IMG/VR virus record: IMGVR_UViG_3300043446_004437
Location: 152,025-216,024 of that record
DNA length: 64,000 bases
Reading direction: 5' to 3' (one strand)
The position numbers were made by a program, and so were the translations under genes. Below, piece after piece: positions 36,001 through 41,882 of this stretch (positions are counted from its first letter, which is position 1; each line of letters opens with the position of its first letter). Under the pieces are notes generated by a model. That model worked only from the letters and a program-made list of their open reading frames with translations. It had not been told where the DNA came from and did no database searches.

Positions 36001-38543
36001 TTGACGATATATGTAGATGGGCCTATTCCTGCGGGTACTTCGTTGCTATTAATGTCTTCTATATATTTTTTTTCTGAAGAAGATAAACCTTTGTTTTCTA
36101 TTTTAAAAACTTTTACAAGATAAGCGTATACTTTTTCTTTTACTTCTCCATCTGAATTGCCTGCTACTAAAATATCAATTGAGTCTTTTAAGATACTTCT
36201 AATGTTTCTATTATATTGGCCATTAATAGCTAAGTTGTAAGTATTTGCTAAAGTTACGCCATAATCAGAAGCATTGTTGACATTGATGCCAAAATAGTTT
36301 AATATCCTTGACCAAAAATCTTCGTTTTGATCAGACATAAGTTCTTCATTATTTTGTCTAAAAGAGCTCATATCTGGCAAGAATATTTTTGTTTGAGATT
36401 CAACCGGTATATAAAAAGAAATATTATTTCCATTAGTCCATTCGCTGTATATATTTGTAGCTAATTGGCTCTCATTTAAATCAACAGTATTTATGCCGTA
36501 AGATTTTTCTAATGAACCAGAAGAATTAGGTACTGTGTTTGCAAATGGTTCTTTTTGGTCTGCGCCTTTGACATCTGTTTGCTTTTGCAAAAATTCTCCA
36601 TTAACATAATTACTTAGAACTCCAGCTGCTTTGCCCATGTATTGTCTGTACTTACCCCAATGTATCGCTTGATTAAAATCTGTTATCATTGGCATAAGTG
36701 GTTTATGGTTAAAGTTTAATAACTCAATATCTACCGCTAACGCAAATGGGAAATTTGGTATGGTTTGTACTTGCATATTAGAAAGTGCAACTGCCGTAAT
36801 GCCGTGAACGCTATTTAGATAAGAATTTTTAACCGGAAGAAAAGGAGAATATTTAAAAGCGGCCACCATCCCTCTAAGAGAAGAAAGAAACTTATCTATT
36901 TTTTTATCTGAATCACCGTTAGAAGAAAAGTCTATAACAAAATTATCTTTTAGTTGGATTCTAGATGCATCTTCTATTGATATGCCCCAAATTTCTTCAT
37001 AGTTAGGAAAGAATAGTCTAATGGAAATAGAGGTTTCTTTATAGCCAGAATTAAATTTTGGAGAATTTTTTTGCCTTAATGCTCCTCCTGTTAAACTGCC
37101 TGTTTTAAATGCGGTATTAATGTTAATTGATAATGGTGGAACATAAAAGTTTGCTGCACCTAATCTAAAATGGAAAATATCAGGAGACTGTGGAGCTATA
37201 TTTGCCCTATAAGGAGATTTCTGTAAAACTTCTCTGATTCTTTCTGCGGTGTTTTTAAAATTCTTTGGATCATTTGGCCCATAAAAAACTAAAGAAAATA
37301 CATCTTGACCACTTCTAGCGCCCAAAGCTGTTTGCAAGGATTTCAAAAAATCTTGCATGTTATTAACCGTATCTTCTTCTCCTCCTCCAGTGCCGTCGTT
37401 TGAATAGTCACCTGTTACAGCAAGTGCGTCAAAGAAAAAGGTAACCAAAGACGGGAAATAAATATTTACCATTGACAATGTAATTGGATCTCTTGAGATC
37501 CTTTGAACAGTAAAAATTAATTGATCCAACCAAGCTTGATCTTGCGTTGCATTAAAATAATCAAATGCTGACTTTGTAACGGTTGCTGAACTGGACAATC
37601 TTTTTTCCCCAAACTTAGCTATATCAGATGCATAAGCCGCAAGTGTTAAAAGACCAGAATCTTTTATCCTTAAAAAAATTCGCTCTAATTGATCTGCGTC
37701 AATTGCTCCACTTTTGGGGTCAATTGCTGGCTCGTTGCCTTCAAGTGGTTTAAAAGCTCTATAAAAGCCAGTCCAATCAACTGCGGCAACGTTTCTATCT
37801 GGTGCAGCGTTTCGTCGCACACTATCCAATTTTTCTTTTACAAGTGCTGTATCGTATTGCCCATAAACCACTTTAAACACTTCTTCTAAATAATTCAAGC
37901 CAGTGCTTGCGCCAGCACCTAATTCATCGCCCCCTAAAGATAATTGATCATTTAACCAAGAGAGTTCTTGTAAAGTTATTGTTCCTAAATTTTCGTTTTT
38001 TGTTTTTGATGAACTGTAATATTTTTTCCAAATTTTTAATCTATTATATAATACGTCTGCGGCTACTATAACAGTTGAAAAACTGGCACTACCCAAAAAT
38101 GCTTTATAAATAAAAAAATCTTCTCTTGCCTCTTCTGCGTTTAAAGAATATTTACTGCGGTAGAGGCCGGATGCGTCATCGACGATAGAAGAATACCTGG
38201 TTAAGATAGAATCATCTAATTCAGCTAACGGTTGTTTTATCCCAGTCAAATAATATCTTATACCAACGTTTGCCGCAAAAACGCTAAACTGATCTTTTTC
38301 AGATAAGTTCAAAGAAAATTTAGGATAAGACTCAAGAACTTGATCTGTTACATATGCTGGCAGTTGGCCATAATTAAAAAAGGTGTCCAACTGCTCAATG
38401 CTAACTGATTTGTTAACATTATCTGGATTTAAAAAATTTATTATTTTTTCTATATAAGAAAGATTCATTAAATAATTTAAATATTTATATGCGGCAGAAT
38501 CTATTGTATGTTCTAGAAAATAATTAACACTTGGTTGAGCCAT
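27090..38543 (-). CDS. giant baseplate hub protein (gp27/VgrG-like core) with C-terminal thermonuclease-like domain (3817 aa)
   Basis: Hub motifs PGVRVHLRGGYG..LFNGTITQV..VTVTAQSDAIEL and GEIIILGNPDIRPHDLVYLAD..FEVEQVVHHF; SNase motifs VTDGDTI, VRLDGINVSE, ERYQRTLG. Confidence 0.75.
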   Translation of the reverse strand: MAQPSVNYFLEHTIDSAAYKYLNYLMNLSYIEKIINFLNPDNVNKSVSIEQLDTFFNYGQLPAYVTDQVLESYPKFSLNLSEKDQFSVFAANVGIRYYLTGIKQPLAELDDSILTRYSSIVDDASGLYRSKYSLNAEEAREDFFIYKAFLGSASFSTVIVAADVLYNRLKIWKKYYSSSKTKNENLGTITLQELSWLNDQLSLGGDELGAGASTGLNYLEEVFKVVYGQYDTALVKEKLDSVRRNAAPDRNVAAVDWTGFYRAFKPLEGNEPAIDPKSGAIDADQLERIFLRIKDSGLLTLAAYASDIAKFGEKRLSSSATVTKSAFDYFNATQDQAWLDQLIFTVQRISRDPITLSMVNIYFPSLVTFFFDALAVTGDYSNDGTGGGEEDTVNNMQDFLKSLQTALGARSGQDVFSLVFYGPNDPKNFKNTAERIREVLQKSPYRANIAPQSPDIFHFRLGAANFYVPPLSININTAFKTGSLTGGALRQKNSPKFNSGYKETSISIRLFFPNYEEIWGISIEDASRIQLKDNFVIDFSSNGDSDKKIDKFLSSLRGMVAAFKYSPFLPVKNSYLNSVHGITAVALSNMQVQTIPNFPFALAVDIELLNFNHKPLMPMITDFNQAIHWGKYRQYMGKAAGVLSNYVNGEFLQKQTDVKGADQKEPFANTVPNSSGSLEKSYGINTVDLNESQLATNIYSEWTNGNNISFYIPVESQTKIFLPDMSSFRQNNEELMSDQNEDFWSRILNYFGINVNNASDYGVTLANTYNLAINGQYNRNIRSILKDSIDILVAGNSDGEVKEKVYAYLVKVFKIENKGLSSSEKKYIEDINSNEVPAGIGPSTYIVNGETLTSVTLTAVKEYMKKIALSSKAYLDQTTNTLVNKKAKEQKITIPADGELGSEAYQNLKKEIKNQVSDAFNVLVYERFYSSGPIQALMEAIRAKSGSFQFREWEVPMMKVDLDPASVTVTGVSVSLGNNLAKLQLQMQDEPTYQHIGGKDSYINISMTVVGEKELAKIKKIFDHVNALARLEHASGVLGFMGIKNIITALCGIKYVMPSNYSVSTVPDYPHVYQVNITLMDFDVFQQTREKLSSVQQKDFIDNFSSKRNPFLRIKQMWGAFNAYPDLPLEVKDSKNETVGTLDPDFYFRSFEMFDKDIVYNVSNQVKPIIFGPTDEVVSESQQVAKAYKYLPQFIREYSASDIEEKKIKLRSLTNWLKENGIDYKIFLKAFESWIKYPYDPSGATEIAKETSSQVLTDYIDFVEKQEPEIVNKIFSAPYQVGNLSSSSIETYKEVEMALAGEYSLPDESDISFIPEELNAHANIYMLPIKDPNDPNKIPAMLVTAYGTNFGYIDTEKNGRFYLTIDGVKVQKNSKVYELAPIPIDEHANPALGTTRSAVAGMTPLSDYGSPISHGDQNVPEWSSGKGDPPKSVNMHWEKMLVDTQYRDVSGRMIRAFPTYMLWLIDEGGYFAGVKLFDNFYGLQSIVDFSVVSSEDLLGDTLIFRVSNLYSKLTKTASSDIFSADSPLGASVSAGIGSILDNTLNKARNLLAHMKNDYVVNIENIVLKPGVRVHLRGGYGSNPNSLQTLFNGTITQVEYGEVVTVTAQSDAIELGAVVNSTNKKGDSGKIDGGINTGLWLSEPRDLMVRLLSMGTSRFREGVANAYRGLVFSENKFGIRHFGSMLYQPLSEAEATKHYAMVDSIADAHRAASEMSGSAIGQSALNMVGVGVQEFRYPVASLMGQLWSNFSAQRDMEIFKRNIYPGNGTGIAQFLGGDLGDGWTSVASITPEDQPNPRLEYLSRLSDRSWNSLMSKYDSGDPNASAVVDQATKGGAIRDAQGSASLFRSLTLGGLGGAMLIAGGPIVGTVGVGIGLLGVLSGRGGNNIFRTLGIISPNSDDDMPGFDEVSFRAQTYMRSVWDLFQTCARLLPNYIVAVRPFEDRSTIFYGKPHWLYTSGVVPITTGYPGDEKAAELGIIPPQINEPDFDLMQIMTDVNKSINPYADAEAFLRGTEPLEALNQIAALQKNAEGIFNTAGYLKSQKILINFMDKDFQEITDSNGNIIVKLPKSKGNVTMGFHLPVGTREQIVSDTRNTKHAQIQQLPSRFRFPFFTTRKNDENFLDTYSFQYGLAELGYQGTDKGSTHKNFILNKVEKIYGSEFKELFISDINYQDSQSISGSIAYEILNNPLDFSLNAEAYDKVANEQAIQVTMPTPEKNISSQNNPKILELNPEFGGANPFTYLEWEPPKNDLEEQFYIAMRWPYNVNVSDNALVKKFKKYYFDSEEAPVYGEAKDYQNMHVLVYNPSGNGGNGSAVVCKPAYFLWGENKTTNLSKENQNGTDVIQTLSTDVDAVVSPDAAFYLDILSYDVSVKKDTEKQDLYIYDKKGYAPIPDVEECYFAFVPNTIPLGVAFSAVVPIKNFKIKKSPNTGQELQPFNPGSPGIETEDSVVIGFGNWVSTNKTDDLYALLKNPSMEAIRQYVPESANNSNETDYRFGGNYKSYYSLIQKPIGDESRKNLEDVTYGINLLKSESNDKDYSSSGRVEFASVFSNQDSTSVESRKFYDEDYDINTTVIAGNGRTLAQAQQIWDQFRYGYHTYDSVKKIFADTYLMNWNDTTPFPEEIQNIFGGKPLPEKFGVYKKFGETGSTAIDEFSLLFGDIKSSSQQEAIEFSRKNFIDAPIENGGLIEYFNALTVEKISLLKSNLFDVTQMRNIYGQDVEEADLGNIIKCPQDLFYYLVGLFRQALWSDAYARAWLVLKPDRKIDYLNNDPNRDVWSFKPIDKIFQAYIFPGNTYAKDKKKFLELLYKNKSEGNSTTNLASKTLNSLGDFYDKSIGQIFNAVTDSLSALFNVFRLNMLQTGYGLSQSSILARQANILNKALNDSIYYQLGRPGSLLRAVDNPFTREYAEPVVEIREPFQRIHYLSSFSHIISNQIQENSGVSTTITAVSDGKYPVTVSLDKGAPADRQVETTVETGIYFDNVVGSGFFGFLHPLLHPFETGRGISKNVTGAPDELSAKRVALSHLRESVKDIYSGEIIILGNPDIRPHDLVYLADIYERMYGMFEVEQVVHHFNSELGYVTSITPNALVTINDPARWFMTSWLHSWLNVQTVRNDTRIYLDSLRAGNAGLTMGGEISLDALGNSLSPQLIGGMQFTGGSSALVKDVIANVTASGFTNSNLGDAIRQQAQKNGNNGQVDASAIAGVISGTAGLAVGIGTAGYGIASAGSAAIAGTAVGVGAAPIVAGAGLLLGPLVWKAWKWVRNNLLDQHGCYVQYLTRNGQPMEAGLSYNQGMVVGRYHSISLLPGILGVRTKTRSAEGYQYIRTNDLMKSLGWSEKDTSAFVRYASYENALVHAQVLGLSGLGPEKTGFEPFFKVLCTLSKGSGLNGSGVTDGDTIHVEDVLNPNVKFTVRLDGINVSEKIQIGYTETSKNGWIIGKNIKLVNNKYYATLVTGGYNYDDNEQIIKDAYGYPIPRAIENNLIPAKIQNNQLVAGDKVIIKNLGYPFDGTHNVLSVQVVDPNFNPNIVNYFTYELTPTQSSIDLYGPVSAFYDSNLQNTITPIDNKLIFNLDDEKQTRYSSEPITNDLIIEDFGSPGMLAAEFVKTVLENKTFVVRIKQSKTSPNKFETEEDFEPNGNDNRINYLKERYQRTLGTVFYNVPSDAVEKSKENVFALMKNYKFDVNQIVFKFKEEFFDLKEPFYVNFSYVFNKTYELNSKFDWDNNEYTSRLSEGEPRGEERVRTFYALVEVLRLYNLYNNASKWPLILWDEYYEDGTPATLNWELVTRNYGTSVYTKDLLTESESVINSSEQLIRTE

Positions 38544-38552
38544 AGATTACCG

Positions 38553-39005
38553 TTAAATCATATTCAGTTTAGAGATAGCATTTATTCTATCCGAGGCGGA
38601 GTTTTCTTGAGCAACCCCACTATAATTATTAATTATACCATTTGGTTGTATATTTGTAAAGTTTGTTTTCATAAAGGGACTTGCGTGTGATTCAAAGTTT
38701 TTTACGTATCTTGCTTGCTGAAGCCTTTGATTCATATAGCCAGAATTGTTCATTTGGATATAGGCCGATTTGCCATCCATCAACCCTTCTTTGGATCCTT
38801 TTATAGTATCTGAGGTATTTAATCTGCTTTTAGATTCATAAACTGTATCTTTAGCATAGGCTGCATTTGCAGCTGATTTATTACCTTTATTTGATGCTAT
38901 TTTTGCTGCATAGGCGTTTGATGTTTTAGTCCTTGGAGAAGTATCTTTTGTTTTTGCAGCGGCTTCTTTAAGGTTTTTATTTTGTTTATCAGCGCCAAAA
39001 ATCAT
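38553..39005 (-). CDS. small basic K/A/N-rich protein (150 aa)
   Basis: ORF track; AAAGGT SD-like sequence; low-complexity basic N-half. Confidence 0.7.
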   Translation of the reverse strand: MIFGADKQNKNLKEAAAKTKDTSPRTKTSNAYAAKIASNKGNKSAANAAYAKDTVYESKSRLNTSDTIKGSKEGLMDGKSAYIQMNNSGYMNQRLQQARYVKNFESHASPFMKTNFTNIQPNGIINNYSGVAQENSASDRINAISKLNMI

Positions 39006-39014
39006 AATACACCT

Positions 39015-41882
39015 TTAGAAAGAACTAGCTATTTCTGCGTATGGGTCTTTCCCAGCCTGAGGAGATCTACGATACATAGTAGTGTTCATATTGAATTTTC
39101 CTAACCCCATAGCTTGTTCTCTAAAATTAGAAACATCTTTAATATTACCATATAAATTAACTTTATAATCTATATTTGGGTTATAAGCCATCCTACCTAT
39201 TTGAGGAATTTCTGCTAATCTTTTTGGATAATCATCTTCATATGCCGAACCACCTGGTAAAAGCGGTGGCCCCTGTATATCTTCTTGACTTCTATCTTTA
39301 ACACCTTCATAAACAAAACTGCCAACCACAAGAGCACCAGCTGCTATAACTGAATTTTTAAATAATTTATTTTCTTGAAATAAAGTTTTTAAACTACCAT
39401 CTTTAATAAACTCACTAAACCTTTTAAAAGACGCTTTTGCGACAGGCGCTTCTTCTCCAGAAATAACCCTTCTTAATTCTTCTGCTATTTCTGTTGTTGG
39501 CTCAGAAGCTGCTGGCGCTAACCTTTCTGCAAAAGCGGGGTCAAAAAATTCCGATCCTAATTCTTTGTATCTTGAATTATCTAAAATTGCTTTTAATTTA
39601 TTTGATAAACCAGCTCTAATTTTATTAATATCTCTATTCATAAAAACATCATTTAATATTTGTCTATCATCGGATAATAGTGCCAGCAAATCTAATTCTG
39701 GTGATACGCTTTGTTCTCCAAATGCTATATAGCGACGAAAATCTAAAATGCCCTGTGCCGTTTCTTTTGCTTTAATAGTTATATTTTCTGTTGTTGCATC
39801 TCCTAATAAACCAATTGTTTTTTGAACGTCGTCACTTTCTAAAATATCTTTAGCGTAGTTGGCTTTTCTTTTTACATCTGCTGCGTTCATCATTTGTCTT
39901 AAATTTTGGGAAAATTCACCTTCATCTCGTAAAACAGATTCTGGAAAATAATTTAAATCTTCATACAAAAAATCTAATCCAAGTTGATTGCTTCTCTTTT
40001 TCAGAATATTTATCATTTCCTCAACAGAAACGTTAGACGCTCTAGCCGCTTCTCTTATTTCGTTAGTGACTCTATCGCCCATAGCTAATTTTCTTTTAAA
40101 TAATTCATCAATAGCTTCGTTATTTAAATCTTTTATATCGGCAGAGAAGTTAATTATCCTTGATGCTTCGTCATTATGTTTTTGTAATAAGAAATCTGCG
40201 GCTCTTCTAGATTCTTCGGTATATTCTAATGATGCCAAAGACGGATCAATAACTCTACTTCTTCTTCTTATTTCATTTTGAGCTTCTTGATTTGCTGCGC
40301 TTATTATTCCTGCACCGTGCAGTCTTGTTAAACTTGAGTATGCGTGTTTTTCATTTGCTCCAAACAATCTTATTAAAAGATCTCTTCTTTGTTCTGCCGT
40401 GGCTGGCATTTTTTCTTCAGATAATTGACCAATAATTTCCGCAAATGCGTTTGGATCAGTAGCCGATCCTTTTATGCCTTCAGCTATTCCTCTCATCATT
40501 GTTTCTATGTCAACAATTTGCATCCTGCCTTTTAACAATTGTTGATCTATTTTTGGTAAAAATCTTTCTTTAAATTTTTCAGCTTTTGCGGCATCTGTGA
40601 CCGCCATTTCTGTTGCCGCTTCAATAACCTGTGTGTATTCAGCTCCAACTCTTTTACCCAAGTTTTGGATTGCTTGTGTCCCTATTTCAGAAAGTGATGC
40701 ACCACCATTAACTTTTTGTGCTGCTCTTATAGCTGCGTCTACATCGTTAGAAAAATCTATTGCAGATATTAAACTGCCTACTCTTTCTCTAATTATATCA
40801 ATATCATCAATTACTTTGGGCATTACGCCAGAAGCACCTTGCGCAAAGTCAATAGCTACTTCTTGAGAAACTAAACCTACTTGATGTTCAAGAATTTTTT
40901 TAATTCTTCCTTCTTGCCCACCCATATTAATCAACTCTTCTATTAAATCTTGAGTTTGATTGAGCTTAGATCCAACCACCATTGATCTATTAACATAAGT
41001 TCCTAACAATGAAGCTTCCTGTGAAGTTGCAACATTAAACATTTTTTTAAAAATAGCTTCTTCTTTCATTGCGCTGAAAACAGGATTATTTTTATTTGTT
41101 TCAAAAATATTATTAATTGTTTGAAACTGATTATTTTCTAAAGCCGTTTTTAATGAATTATATATAGATGCATCTAATTGATCTTTGTATGCGTTTGTTT
41201 CAAGAAGTTTTTGTAATTCTTCTTTGATCAAAAAACCTTGTTCTTTATTAAAAGCATTTTCTTCTGCAAATAATTTAAATATTCCAGTTCTTGTATATCC
41301 TTCGCTGTTGGCTAATGAAGAAGAACCTTGCCTTTGAATTGCTCTTAGTATTCTTCTGTTATGGGCGCCGGCTGTTCCCTCAAGTGAGCCATCTAATAAC
41401 CTAAGTCCGGCTTTTCCTCTTGATTCAGCAAAGTCATATATGTCTATAACTAGTTCTTCTGCTTGTTCTGCATTTATCTTTTTGTATTTTGAATCTTCCC
41501 AAAGAACTGAATGAAGTTCGTCTAACGATGCCGCTTTAGAACCACCAACAGAAGATCTAAAATCTTCTAACAAACCCCTAAATCTTTCGTTCTGGAAATA
41601 TGATCTTAATGTTCCCTCGTCTAAATTTGCTTTTGCATATATTGATTCTTCTGGACCAGAAGGCTGTCTATATATGCCAAAAAGAAGCCTTTTTTTATCT
41701 GCGTTATCTTTATACGTCATCATTTTAGTTAAGACTTTATCGTCTAAGTCAAAACCACCCAATGAATGGAAAAACCTGTCTGTCATTCCGGGACCAAATA
41801 ATAACCTATTATCATTCACCCTAAATTCCATAAGTTGTGTTGATATACTTTCCCCTACATCTTTTATATCAAACCCGGTGCT
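39015..41882 (-). CDS. putative two-barrel RNA polymerase, catalytic (beta-prime-like) part; track ORF starts at ATG 41831
   Basis: LLFGP..SLGGFDLDDKV, YRQPSGPEE, LLGTYVN and VAIDFAQG parallel RdRP/YonO motifs; the frame is open from 41882; C-terminal hydrophobic segment SVIAAGALVVGSFVY. Confidence 0.65.
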   Translation of the reverse strand, partial: STGFDIKDVGESISTQLMEFRVNDNRLLFGPGMTDRFFHSLGGFDLDDKVLTKMMTYKDNADKKRLLFGIYRQPSGPEESIYAKANLDEGTLRSYFQNERFRGLLEDFRSSVGGSKAASLDELHSVLWEDSKYKKINAEQAEELVIDIYDFAESRGKAGLRLLDGSLEGTAGAHNRRILRAIQRQGSSSLANSEGYTRTGIFKLFAEENAFNKEQGFLIKEELQKLLETNAYKDQLDASIYNSLKTALENNQFQTINNIFETNKNNPVFSAMKEEAIFKKMFNVATSQEASLLGTYVNRSMVVGSKLNQTQDLIEELINMGGQEGRIKKILEHQVGLVSQEVAIDFAQGASGVMPKVIDDIDIIRERVGSLISAIDFSNDVDAAIRAAQKVNGGASLSEIGTQAIQNLGKRVGAEYTQVIEAATEMAVTDAAKAEKFKERFLPKIDQQLLKGRMQIVDIETMMRGIAEGIKGSATDPNAFAEIIGQLSEEKMPATAEQRRDLLIRLFGANEKHAYSSLTRLHGAGIISAANQEAQNEIRRRSRVIDPSLASLEYTEESRRAADFLLQKHNDEASRIINFSADIKDLNNEAIDELFKRKLAMGDRVTNEIREAARASNVSVEEMINILKKRSNQLGLDFLYEDLNYFPESVLRDEGEFSQNLRQMMNAADVKRKANYAKDILESDDVQKTIGLLGDATTENITIKAKETAQGILDFRRYIAFGEQSVSPELDLLALLSDDRQILNDVFMNRDINKIRAGLSNKLKAILDNSRYKELGSEFFDPAFAERLAPAASEPTTEIAEELRRVISGEEAPVAKASFKRFSEFIKDGSLKTLFQENKLFKNSVIAAGALVVGSFVYEGVKDRSQEDIQGPPLLPGGSAYEDDYPKRLAEIPQIGRMAYNPNIDYKVNLYGNIKDVSNFREQAMGLGKFNMNTTMYRRSPQAGKDPYAEIASSF

